Positions 39,672 to 53,057 of a stretch of DNA of 64,000 bases are shown here, piece after piece. Position 1 is the stretch's first letter; the number at the start of each line of letters is the position of its first letter. The stretch is from Adineta vaga (lineage: Eukaryota; Animalia; Rotifera), in assembly GCA_021613535.1 (NCBI GenBank), contig CP075493.1, forward strand, positions 10,044,001-10,108,000. The letters are read 5' to 3'. The notes below the pieces were generated by a model. The model searched no databases. It saw only the letters and a list, made by a program, of their open reading frames with translations, and was not told the origin of the DNA. A program made the position numbers and the translations under genes.

Positions 39672-42600
39672 ATGACTCAACATGGACTTATCAATAGTGA
39701 TACAGATGATAATCATAGACAAGATCAACTGGGTAAGTCATAGTAATTGTTTTGTTCTTTAAATGCAATTCAATATCTTCCGTTAAATATTTCTATATGA
39801 AAAAAAAACAAACAACATAATCAATATCAGATGTTGAAGTTTTTATCTTTTCATAGAATCGATGTCATCACAACCAAATTCTCAACGTCGCCGTCGTGCA
39901 ACAACACTAAATTCATTTGCTTCATCTGTTGTGACGAATATCGTTAAACGACCACGTTGGTGTTTTCGGTATGTATGTAGTACATGTGCGACATCTTGTG
40001 TTATGTTTCTTTTGATATCAAAAGATAATTTTGAGTTAAAGAGTCATCGATTAATCATCAATAGTATTTACTTGAAAATATTTTCTTTCGAAAAAAAAGA
40101 AGAAGATTTTGTTTATCATGGTTAAGAATAACATTTCATTGGTTAAGCGTTATCAAATACATGTAAGAGATTCATTTTTCAATGTCTTGTCTCTTTCTGT
40201 CTGTTGTGCTTGTCAATATAAATCACCCCATTTTGATCATCCGATCAAAATTGTATTTTTATTGTTGTTCTTGAAACATATCAAAGTCCTTGAGATGTTT
40301 TATTTATATGTATATAATGCAATTCTTAATAATAATAAGAACGCTTCGTTTTTCATTGATTCATCTAGGATGGAATGAAAAAAAAGCATAGATAACAACA
40401 CACAATGTTACTAATAGCAGAAATAATCTCATGTTTTCATTTCATACGCCTTCATTTAGTATGTGTTCTATACATTGCATAGGAACATTGAAAAAGATAT
40501 TGAGACAATTATTTCTTTTCTTTTCGTTTCTTTTTTTTATTTTGAAGAATAGATAGAGATATTCAGTTAAGTATTCGACCTCGAACGAACAATGTCATTC
40601 TTTCGTTGTTTTCTTCGAGTTAAGGACCGAATAAGAAGCAATTAAACGTTCAAATTAATCTGTTTTTTTCTTCTTCTTCTTCAAGAAATAATCGGAAAAA
40701 TAAACAATATCATTCATCATAGATATTTTCTTTAGCCCACTTTCTTTTCTTTCCTATAGAGAACGACATACACACATATTTCCTATCTGTTTTTTTTCCT
40801 TTCCAAAATTCTGTTTTGTTTCTTTCTTCTACTTGTCTTATATTCTCCGAAGAGAATAGTATCAAGAAATGCAATCATTAGATTTCCTTTTTCCTCATGT
40901 GATTTGAGAGAAATGATGCATCTTTTTCTTATTAAATTGAAAATCGAGCTTGTCATACAATTCCACTTATCAAACATATGCTACTCACCATCAATTTGTT
41001 TATCTTTTCTAGATCTGCTATTATTGTCTTCTGTCTACTAAATTGTTCCCTTACCTCATTTTTTTCCGTTTCATTTATTCATATGTTTTGATAATTTCTT
41101 CTTTTGTATTAAACAATTACCAATATGTATGACGCAGGGGCGTATTTTTATAAAAAGTAAGCAGATTTTATTATCAATTTAATTGAACCTTTAGGTGAAA
41201 AGAAAAACCATATGAAATAATGATAGGTTTGATTTCTCTTTCATACACACACTTTCTATTCCATCAGACAGGGTGTACATTCAATCTTTAATAAGAACAG
41301 ATGGTTATTCTAATGACATATCAGGTAGATATGTATGATATTTATTCTAATATAACTAACTTTGGTTATTGAGAGCATGAAACAACTAACAATAAACTAA
41401 GTGATACTATTACCTACATAAAATATTTATTTCTCATCTTGTTTTTATGTATAATTATCTTTATTTTACCTTTTTTTAAATATATATATAAAGACTAAAT
41501 CAATCGACCATGAAGGTTTCTATCGTTCGATAATCGGCTGATGTATACCTTTCTCATACATTAAACATACCTCGTGACTTAGAAAACAACAAAATAGAAG
41601 AGAAGAAAATATTTTTGTCATTTAACATGAGTTTTACGGAATGGGAGGAAGCAGTAACTGCACGAATAGGACATTATATTACGAAATTAATACTATGGTT
41701 GGTCTAGAATTATATTCAGGTCTTTAATATTGTTTTTACTTCATTTATAGGTATTCAACATTCGTAGTTAAATATTCATGGTGCTTCCTATTACTTGGAT
41801 CGACCATATGTATTGGTCTTGGCTTATCAGCAGTACTATTACGAGATTTACCAGATTTCAATGATCCGACGAAAGTAAAATCGATTTTCATGTGTGTGTT
41901 CAATATGTATGCAAATCTATTTATTTGTAGGGTTTTATTCCACGTGGTAAGCATACATTAACATCACGTTTGTTTGTATTGGAAAAATTAAAAAATGAAC
42001 TGGATAAACAATTAGCGGCAGCAAGGATTATTAATAAGAGTAAATTATCTGTGGCAACAAAATCGCCTCTTTCAAGAAATCAAATGAATACATACAACGA
42101 TGACAATGATGATGATGATGATTTTGATTATGAAGATCCTGTCAGTATGATGAATCTTCTCGAAGATTTAAGATTTAATCCAAATGATTGTGCCTTTTTA
42201 TCACCAAGTCAAAATCAATGTTTAACTAATACACAGGTCTATTCATTATTACGAAATCGAACGGATCTTATGAAAATATCGAAAAAAATTGAAAAACAAC
42301 TTCACAAACCTAATGAACATATATGTACATCAATTGATCTAAGTATGTATTCATTCTTTTCATTAACTTCATGATAGTTATCAAGCATTTAATACGAATC
42401 TTAAAGAAAAAAGAATGGAATTTATACTTGTTTTTTTTCTTCTTAAGATCGTCATTATGAAGTCTATTTTGAAGCAACTGATAGATCTTCTCCAAATTTA
42501 TTATCACTTGATAATCTATTATCATTATGTAAAAAACAAACTGAACTTGTGAATCTATTTCAAGTTCATGCAACATGTCATTATACATTACCGGAAATGG

Positions 42601-45600
42601 TCGCGTATTTTGCTAATAAAACTGATTGTAATGAAATAACTGAAAAAGATATTCAATCATTCATCGTTCGTCTTCAACGTTGTCATCAAATTTATGATTC
42701 TGGTTTAGTTCGTTTAGCTGGTTTAAAACGTTATCGAATGAAACCATTAGAATTATTTCAATATGATTCATGTTTTTACAATAATTTTACCTTTCTTAGT
42801 TTGGAATATCTCTTAGATAAAACATTTCTAACAACAAATGAAACTTATTATACAGCTATGTGGTTTTTAAAACCAACTTTACCAATGAAAGATGTCAATG
42901 GTAGTGAAATTCATACATCTGATTCAGCTTATGATTTATTCATTCAACATTTTTATCGAAATTTTAAATTTGATGATAGACATACAAGAATAGCAGCATT
43001 GAATTTTTTGGATATTCGAATACCAACGGCAATGAAACAAATTCGTGTTGATATGTTTTTTGTTATTTTAGCTATTTCATTAATTGTTGCCGTAAGTTGA
43101 GAAGAATTGATTTTGTTTTTCTTTCTTTTTTTACTATTGAAAATTCATTTAGGTTACTATAATTTATCTTCGTTCAATAACTGTTGCTTTAATGACAAAT
43201 ATATGTGTTGTTCTTTCATTTGCTTGTGCATATTTTGCATATAAAATTATTCTTGGTATTGATCTTTTTCCATATATTAATTTGATGTCATCATTTATCT
43301 TAATTGGTATATCGTGTGATAATGTTTTTGTTATATTTGATGCATGGTATTCGGAAAAATTAGATATTTACAATGAAGCACGTTTACAAAATCGTCAAAT
43401 TGAATTCTATGGTAAATTAACTGAAAAACAAGAAAAACAATATCGTCGTGATCGAGATTATACGTCGTCGATTGTTCGACGACGTTTAACAGCAAAACAT
43501 GATGCCGATCAGCCACCATTACAAGAAGGTGAAGAAGAAGAACATTTTGATTCAATTAAAAATACTGATCTTGTTCGAATAATGAAAGTTAATGAAAATC
43601 AAATGATTCAAATGATGGAAGGTGTTCTGAGACATGCTGCTGCAAGTGTTTTTGTTACAAGTTTTACTACATCAGCTGCCTTTTTCACTAATATGATATC
43701 ACGAATTGCTTACGTACAGTTATTTGGTTTATTTATGGTAAGTTCATTGATAATTTTATGGATAGTTTGAGATGGTCAAATTTGATTAGTCTTGTCAGTT
43801 GATACAATGAAATTGACGAAATACTATCGTATAAATTCTCATCAATTTTACTTTTTATTCATAGGGTCTTTGTATATTATTTAATTTTCTAATGAACATA
43901 ACTATGATTGTATCATTCGTGATAATCTATGAAAAATTTTGTGAACCCTTATCTGCACGTCTTGGTTTATTCAATCATTTTCCTGATTTATTTGATAAAA
44001 TTATGTTAACTTTAACACGTCTTAATCATGCAATTTTTACTGTTTATATTCCACGATTAATAATCAAGCTTCGTTTTATTTTAATAATCATTTTCTTTAT
44101 TCTCGGTGTCTCTGGTTTATTTCTCGTTTTTCATAATCCAAAATTAACTCCACCGAAATCTCGTCGATATCAATTCTTTCAATTAACACATCCATTTGAA
44201 CGTTTTGAATATCAAATGCGTGATGAATTTCTATCATATATCAATGAAGATAAAGATAATGTAACCAATCCAGTGTTAATATTTGCATTTGGAGTAGAAG
44301 AAACTGATTTAGTACATCCATTCTATCCTGATAAACAAAACTATGTTGATAATGAAACAATAATTTATAATAAAAAAATTGATTTTTATGATCCAAAAGT
44401 ATTACGATGGTTTGATACATTTCTAAAAGATCTTAATCGAAGTGAATTATTTACTAATGTACAAGAAACTTATGAACAATGGTTAACTATTGGTAAGAAA
44501 TAGATAAAATATTAATTTACTTCATATTTATGATTGTTTAGGCAGTTTATTACGTGGATTTTTGAATACAAATGCAAGAAATTATTCTCCATTTAGTGAA
44601 AATGAATTTTTTGTACCACCAACACGAAATGCAACCAAAATTGCAATGAATCGTTTATTTAAATTCTTTAGTGAATCCAATCAACTTGCATCCGGAGGTG
44701 ATAGTAATCGTGGTAGTGTTGATTTTCGTCTGGGATTTTTACCCGATGCTAAAACACGTAATTTACGTGCCTTCATATTTATCGTGAATATGAATGTTAC
44801 ATTTAATACATATACTGTTCAACATGATTATTATAAAAAGTTACACGATTATTTTGAACAACGTTTACAACAATTAAAACTTTCGGAAGGTGTTCATGGA
44901 CATGTTTATGAACAAGTTAAACACGGGTAGGAAAACTTTCGAAGCGTTCGTTTGTCGATCTTTTCTACGGAGTCAAAACTTATGGAGAGATTCATTTTCA
45001 TTTAAAACACATACTTATGATGTTCTTTTTGTTTTAGTTGGTTTGTTTCACCTCAATTTTTATTCTATGATTTAATGCGTGAAGTTATACGTGGAACCTA
45101 TACATCTTTAATATTTTCAATGGTCTTTGCTTTTGTTGTACTTCTTTTGACTTCTGGAAATATTATTATAACATTATATGCTATTCTAACAATTATATTT
45201 ATCATTGCTGATACAGTTGGAATCTTTGTTTTATGTGGATGGGAATTAAGTATTCTTGAAACAATTATTATTATAATGAGTGTCGGTCTCAGTGTTGATT
45301 TTAGTAAGATTGAATAACGAATAACTTTTTCTAATCTATTCATTTCATTTTCTATTAGCTGTACATTATGGTGTTGCTTATATAAAAGCAGATTGGAAAA
45401 GAAATCAAGCACATAGTCGACGAACATCTAATGCATTGAAACTTCTTCATTCAACAAATGCAAATCCAGACGAACATTTTTCAATAGAACAAGTTTCTGA
45501 GCAACAAAAAACTCAACCAACTAAACCGTCAATATTTACTCGTATGAAAATTTGGCATCGACGAGGCAATCTTCAACGATTTCGTCGAATTAAAAATAGT

Positions 45601-45976
45601 CTTATTCGTGTTGGATCAGCTGTCTTCATAGCTAGTTTAACTTCCTTTCTTGCTGGTGTATCAATGGCACCAAGCAAATTAACATCATTTTCTCAAATGG
45701 GTTATTTTCTTATGTTAATTATGTTTGTTAGTTGGTTATATGCTACATGGTTCTTTCTTCCATTACTTTCATTTCTTGGACCAATTGATAAATTTGGTGA
45801 TATACCGTAAGTGATATTTTTCTCTACGTAATCATTTCTATTTTTTGAAAACTAGATTTGGTAAATTATTTCGTTGTGGTAAAACGTCATCTTTACCTGT
45901 CATACAAACAGTAACAACTAATGACGATGACCAGCTACAATCAAAAGAGAAATTCACTGACGGACAAGCACTTTAG
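39672..45976 (+). CDS. DISP: Dispatched homolog (RND/sterol-sensing-domain 12-TM transporter), multi-exon
   Basis: LPDFNDPTK|GFIPRG (Dispatched signature), FPYINL, TM4 GISCDNVFV, RHAAASVFVTSFTTSAAF, HPFERFE, TM10 GLSVDF(T)VHYG, and FFLPLLSFLGP. Confidence 0.92.
41627..41697 (+). CDS. Candidate alternative first coding exon of Dispatched (MSFTEWEEAVTARIGHYITKLILW)
   Basis: ATG-initiated open frame ending TG|gttggt, followed by a 53-nt intron to the acceptor at 41750. It has the same phase (2) as the distal exon ending at 39968. Confidence 0.5.
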
Positions 45977-46626
45977 TTCATCTTTTTTCTTTCGTTTTTA
46001 TACCACTTGTCTTTCGTTAATCTCGAAAAGAAATATCTAAATTAACATCCATTGAAACATCTTTCTCTAGGTGCTGTTTTGTAGTTGAATCAGATAATCG
46101 CCTTTTTTTGGTATTTAGAAACCAAAGATAAGAAATATCTTCCTAATTGTCTTCTGCATTTCTTTTCCTCTCTTTTGGTTGGACACGTGCAATAAACATA
46201 CATACAACTTTCAATCGTCTACATACGTGTCTTCGTTGTTTTCTTCTTTTTCTTCTTCATTTCATCTTATTTTATTAGAGAATGTTTGCTTTTCTTCTAA
46301 ATGTATCCATGCATGTCTGTATTGTTGTTTTTTTACTCATTTTAAATGTATGTATTCTGTCAAATGTTGGTAGTCGTAAAAAATATTCTAATTAATAGTG
46401 GTAAATTTTGTCTTCAATTTCGTTTGTCTTCCTTATCTTTGAGTAAAATATATTCTATGATTATGTTTATAAACGAGTTATTTGAAATTTTATGAATTAT
46501 TTTGTGATTAGTTAATTACTATGTGTAGTTTAGTTGAATATTATTATATGTATATGTTTTCTTAATTGAAACCAAACTACTTCATGATATGAATATATTT
46601 CGTTATTAAGAAAAAAACAAAATGTT

Positions 46627-47840
46627 TTAATTTTGAGCAAGTTCATGAATTTTCTTTATGAATTGATCAATATCATCTTCAGTTGTATCAAATGAACACA
46701 TTAATCTAACTTCACAATTTTTTCTTCTCCACATATAAAATGGAAAGATTGCAGATAAAGGTTCATACCATTCTCGAGGAATTTCTAAAAAAATTGCACC
46801 GGTTTGAACGGGTTTCGTTATACGTATCAATGATTTATTATTCTTCAAAGGAATTGATTCCAAACGTTTTTTTAATAATTGTGCCATGGAATTCGAATGT
46901 TCACTTGATTTTTTCCATAGATTATTTTGAAGTAAAGTTAAAAATTGCACAGCTATAAATCGTTGTTTAGAAGCTAATTGCATGACTTGTTTATGACGAA
47001 ATTTTAATGGATCATTGGTATCACCACCAGCTTTAAGTAATGATGGATTGAAAACAATTACTGCTTCACCATACATCATACCAGCCTAGATAGAAGAGAT
47101 GTTTATATTGATTAAGTTTTTAATTTGATGAAATATTTACTTTAGTACCACCTAATGAAAGAATATCAACTCCGACAGCTGTTGTTATATCTTGAAGATT
47201 ACAATTCAATGATGAAACTGCATTGAATAAACGTGCACCATCCATATCTAGAATGAAATTTGAGTAAGAATTATCTTTAGAAAAAGGAAAAGGTTTTTTT
47301 ACGAAAATATAAATTATTTTTCTTTGCTAAGGCAGATAATTGTTTAAGTTCATCGATTGTATAGACTGTTCCATATTCCGTTGGTTGTGCAATTGATATC
47401 ATTCTCGGTTGAGCAGCATGCATATCACCAATACAATCAAGTTTTTCTTCGATTTTCTCCAAAATTATTTTACCATTTTCATCTGTTGGTATTGATATTA
47501 ATCGTACACCAGTGACAGTTTCTGGTGATGATGATTCATCCGTAATTATATGTGAAATATCCGAACAAATGACAGCATGATATGAATGTGTGCAAGCAAG
47601 TATTGACAATACATTAGCACCAGTACCATTAAAAACAAAAAAGACGCCAGGTATTGAATCATCATCTTCTGAAGAATTAAAGACTTGTTTAATAACATGT
47701 CGTGCTTCTTCAGTAATATCATCATGACCATAGGCACGTGCATGTGATCTTGATTGAGCTTCTTTCACTAATGCAGACATTATTTCAGGTAATACTCCAG
47801 CATAATTATCCGATGCAAACGTACGTAATATATTCGTCAT
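46627..47840 (-). CDS. ltaE: Low-specificity L-threonine aldolase, bacterial-type (exons 47840-47303, 47247-47141, 47085-46627; 367 aa)
   Basis: FASDNYAG, AYGHD, VFNGTGANVL, QPTEYGTVY, HMDGARL, SLGGTK (PLP lysine), QLASKQRF and VRLMCSFDTT. Two 55-nt GT-AG introns. Confidence 0.92.
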
Positions 47841-48806
47841 AGTTTGATGGTATTACAATGCTCACAGAATGATCTCGATGTGCACTCTTACGGATTCTCT
47901 ACGATAAAAAGAAAAAGACGAGCAGTTTGAGAGTGTTTATAAAATAATAGATATAGAAGAAAAGAAAAGATAAAGTTTCATGCAACTATAACACGAGTTG
48001 AATTCTTTAGAAGAAATTTCATAAAACAGATGTTTTTTATTCTTGCGTTGCTTTAACAGAGCACATTCATTGTCTTAATTTATCAAATATGATGATAAAA
48101 CAGTAGTTTATTATTCCTTACCGAGTGTATTCGGAAAAATAGTCATTTCTTTATGTTATTTTAAGTATCTCCCGATAAGATCATCGAACAAAACGGATGC
48201 TAATATATGAACACATGCATTCATCGCCAATACTGATTGACTTTTTTATTATCAAGTCTTATTCATCATGACTACGTCGCCTACTTATATTAAATAACTC
48301 ATAACATCTAGAACTATAAACAGTCTTCATCAACCACAAATGTTGAGAAACATCATACCATACATCAATAGCGACATCTAATAAATGAAACATAGCTGTC
48401 TATTATATAAATTTTCTATGTCTACAGTCTGCATCCTGAATTGTGCAATTACTAGTCTTTATTCCAATAGATCAATACTTCAACTTCAGTAATTGTAATA
48501 TTCCTTTGACTCTCTATTTTTTGTCAAGTAAAGAAATCAAACAATGAATTTGTGCGAAGCAAGTGCACTCGCAAAACAGAAAAAAAGTACACACAACCGG
48601 CACACAAGAAGAAATATACAACAATAACAACATCAAGAAGGAATAAGAACAATAAATTTTCAATGTGTGAATGTACGAATGAAAACAACAGAGAGAAAGA
48701 TCTTGTTCAGTTCTTCTTTTCGAGCATGACAAGAGAAAAAAAGCAAATACGATTTATTTATATGTATATATATATATTTATATATCTGAGGAATCGTTTG
48801 GGTTGA

Positions 48807-49419
48807 TTATTCTTGTTCATCATCTTCATCATCCTCTTCATCGTCATCGCCACTTTCATTGGCACCGGACGCGGCAGCAGCAGCAGCAGCTCTTCGAGGA
48901 TTCGATTTACCAGCAGATGCTTTTGAATCTCCTAAAAACACAACTCAGTGTAAGCAATATGACTTTCTTGTTAATAAATTATTTACCTTCATCTTCACCA
49001 TTTTCTCCAGTATCATCTTCGTCATAATCATCATCAGAAGCATCATCCTCATCGTAATCATCACCTTCTTGATCACCACCGACTACCTGTAAAATGCAAG
49101 GAAAAGATTTCTAGTTCTTATCTTTCATATTCTCTTTCAAATCACATACGTCATCATCATCTTCATCGTCGTCATCGTGTAAATGTTCATCTCCATTTTT
49201 ATGATTCGAAGATTCATCGTCAACTGGTCCATCACCATTTGTTCCATTACGTGCAGCCTTCAAAGCTTTCAATTTTGTTGGACTTATATCATCTAATTCC
49301 GCTTCACGCTTTGTGCCTAGACAAGAGAATTAATGTAGATACTTCAAGGTAATAGATCATGATTTACCTTTGGTAGGCGTTACAGTTGGTACGGATAGTG
49401 CATCAGTTGAATCAGCCAT
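48807..49419 (-). CDS. Small, highly acidic disordered protein (prothymosin-alpha-like / histone-chaperone-like), 4 exons; absent from the ORF track
   Basis: Spliced reading: MADSTDALSVPTVTPTK|GTKREAELDDISPTKLKALK...NGDEHLHDDDEDDDD|VVGGDQEGDDYDEDD...|GDSKASAGKSNPRRAAAAAASGANESGDDDEEDDEDDEQE-stop, with canonical GT-AG junctions. Confidence 0.75.
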
Positions 49420-50936
49420 TGGTTAAGTTCAATTATTTTATAAGAAGCAAATTGTAGTTGTGTAAATGTGCGAGGATATATGGAAGAATCAAGTCGACAT
49501 AGGCCCAAAGAGAGAGAATATGACAAGCAGCTATTTCTTCTCTTTTCTTTTCTTGCAGCGATTGCCGAGTGTGTATATGTGTACGACGTCGTCGTCTGTC
49601 CTCGCTTAGCTCGTTCCTTTTATATGAAGCTATGTGCGTGTCCTTTTACTGCTGCCGCCGTTCTTTGGCACATAGTCATATAGCATAATGAGAGAGAAAA
49701 AATCTTCGCTCGTTCGTTCTTTATTTTCCACCAATCCATCGTGCTGATGTTAGTCGACAATGATGACGTTACACAGACAGAATATATGGCAAACAATGGA
49801 TTTTCTCTGTATAGTCGAGAGAAAACGACGGGCAAAGATGACGACAAGCATAAACTGTGAATTGAATAGCGTCAGTGCAAGCGAACAAATTTTATAATGT
49901 TTTCTTTAGCTTGAAGAAATTGGAAAACAGCCATTTTCTCTATACTACATCGGTGAAATTAACAAAGAAATAGATAGATATCATCAAAATTAGACTGAAT
50001 GATCTTTCCATGTAATGTCAAATATTTGCATTATAGAGCAAAAAAGTGATACACTGTAAGAAATATTTTAAAAACAAAGGATTGTTTGCATGAAATACGA
50101 AATATCTGAAGTGAAAAAACAGTACTTATCTATTTAAGATATTTTTAGTTGAGATTAATCTGGACTGAATAATATTTGGGGTGATTCACTGATGATAATT
50201 TTATAGACTTACATACTACGTATGATGCATTGTTTCATGAATGATATACTTGCCTCTTTTAAATACAATTCAGAAGATTCTTTTTAGTCGTATTTATAAG
50301 AAATAATTTAGATGTCATTCTATTAAAAAATAATGCGTAAAATTAAGAGTATGCATTGTATTAAGCAATAGCAAATCGAATGAAAGAATGAATGAATATA
50401 ACATACTCATTCTGTTATGTGAAAAACAACGAACCAATCGAATATGTTCAATATCAATAGATGTAGATATGCTGTCTTTTCATTCAATGTCAGATAAGAA
50501 ATTTGATTGATAAAATACAATAAATCATTCATAAATGTGGGAATGTTTCTTTCCAAACTTGCTCTTTTGATCTATGTGATGTTTTTCTTCATCTAAGAAG
50601 ATGAATAAATAGATATACTTATGAAATTCGATTGACGTTCAGGTGTAAGATTCATATTGTCTTATTTTGACGAATTGCATAATCAGTTTCGTTGTGTTTC
50701 TTTTCTTTCGTTGACACATCATTGTTAGGAAAGTTTGTTGTATTTTTCTCTGAAGATTGTGCAATTCTTATGAGAGAGACAAAAACAATTAAATCAAATA
50801 TGATTATCATGTTTAACATATACTTGGATATACAAGATTAAGATAAAAGAATATATTTTTGATGATTATAAATTTTGTTATTTCATTTTTAAAGAACTTT
50901 CTGACAGTACTACTTTTCTCACTATGAATATATTGT

Positions 50937-51523
50937 TCATTTTGTGTTTGGACGTCGAATGGCACTAATAATTTCTGATGCTGATGTATTACTCAATTGT
51001 TTGATACTATTATTATTCAATGATATTGATGATGTTGTAAGATTTGATGATGTTGATCGTACTGGAACACGTAAGTTACTGTACAGATTTGTGAATAACG
51101 ATGTTAATAATAATGGTGCTTGATTTTCTATGACATTAATGAGTTTTTTGCCTACGTCAGGATTGAGCATTTCTTTCAGACCAGTTGCCATGATTTGACC
51201 AACAATAGTACCAAGACGATCTAGTGGAAGAATGGATAGAACTGTTGCTGCCGTATCAGTATTGGAAATTTCAGCATCTTGTTGGCGACGATTACGAACT
51301 TGGAAGGCACCGTGATGAACGGTAGATGATCGATTTTTGTCATGTGATAGAAGATCTGTTTTATTTTGTTTCGATTCTAAAGAGAAATAGAAATGAAGAT
51401 ATCGAAGATAAGTTATTTTGGATAGAAAAATTTCTAACTTGAACTATTCTTCCATGCTTGACAGTGATCAATTGTAAGATGTAAGAGAATTGTTACAACA
51501 ATGAATAAACTTGTTTTGATCAT
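50937..51523 (-). CDS. Uncharacterised secreted preproprotein with a furin site (2 exons)
   Basis: Exon 1 MIKTSLFIVVTILLHLTIDHCQAWKNSS is signal-peptide-like. It splices in frame to ...FQVRNRR-QQDAEIS...ILPLDRLGTIVGQIMATGLKEML..., which continues as ORF 50937-51191. Confidence 0.65.
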
Positions 51524-52329
51524 TATTATTTCGAATGAAGATAAAACCTATTTTTGTTGTTATTCTTATAGAGATACCAGCTGTAGACGAACATCCTCTT
51601 CATAAAGTAAATATGTACAGTATACAAGATGAAGGTAATTATAGTATTATCAGAATAACAAAGCTAACCTGTAGTTTTAATCATTATCTATTGATCCAAC
51701 GAATGCAAATATCTATATAGATAGAACATAATTATTTGATCGTTCGATGTCTCAATTGACTTTTCTTTCCATTAGATATATCTGAATCGATTTTATTCTA
51801 TACTTAACAATAATGTATTAATACTATGAAGGTGAGTAATTCAAATTAAATAGAAACAAGATGATTAATCCATTATATATTCATGTGTAGAATTTAATAA
51901 TTCTCTCTCTCTCTCTCCTTAACCTATGAATTTTGAGTTGCATAATAAGTTAAATATCGTAATACTAATTCAAAGGAAACAAAATCGTAGAAGAATTAGA
52001 CATTTTCAGTTCGACAGAGACTTTCTGTTCTTATGATTTGAAACCAATCTTAACAAATCAAATACTAATTTGAACAAATTTCTGTAGTTGCCCTTCGAAT
52101 AGTAGATGTACTAAATGCAAATTATAGTTTATTGATTACATTTATCGTTGAATTCGATAAAGTTCTTTGATTATTTGCAGATTGAAGTATCATTGTCGAC
52201 TTTATTTTTAAAAAAACAGTTATAATCAAAACAAACGATATAACTGAAACAAAGTCTTGATGATCTTTTCTTATTTCTTTTTCTTCTTAACAAGAAATGT
52301 TTCTGATGTTTGCGTTGTAATTATTTCAT

Positions 52330-53057
52330 TTAATCTCGTGGTACATCAACTTGACCATTATTAATTTGGTTAATAACATCATGTGGATGTGAACCTTCTA
52401 CTTTGCAACCAACTGATTGAGCTGTGCCTGGAAAAGAAAGAACGAAAAAAACACAATAAAATATCGATAGTTTTATTAATAGATATACCAAGAATTTCTT
52501 TCACTGTTCCGTCGAATGTTTTGGCTAATGATCTTACACGCATAACTCGGGCGATTTTATAAATTTCATCAAGTGAAATATTGCCATCATGTTTAACTAA
52601 ATAATTAATAATAAATAAAAATAGAAGTTTAGTTTCCAACAGATTTCTACTGACTATTTTTTTGTTTCTTTCGATCACGTGGTGGTTCTTTAAGTGCTTT
52701 GATAACAAGTGATGATGCTGATGGAATAACATCAATTTTAGCATTACGATTTTGGACAGTTAATTTGACTGTTACACGCATGCCTTTCCAGTCACCTGTT
52801 GCTTTAGCAATATCATCACCCACTTTTTTTGGTGACTATGCATAACCAAAATATATAAAGGATTTTCATTGAGCAAAACAAGAATTACTTACGAGACCGA
52901 GAGGACCGATCTTTGGAGCTAATGATGAGCCACCAGGTGCTTCACCACCGGTCACACGGACCATGACTAAAGATAAAAAAAATATAAAACCAAATCAAAG
53001 AAAATTGAAAGTTGATTTACTTTCATAAACGGCTGTTGGATCAAATTTTGGACCCAT
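52330..53057 (-). CDS. RPL12: 60S ribosomal protein L12 (uL11), 5 coding exons
   Basis: [18 protein letters not shown]|[40 protein letters not shown], and GTVKEILG|TAQSVGC. Confidence 0.98.

Noticed and set aside
48803-49092. Plus-strand His-rich and poly-Ala ORFs
   Set aside because: They are antisense shadows of the minus-strand acidic protein, which has canonical splice sites.
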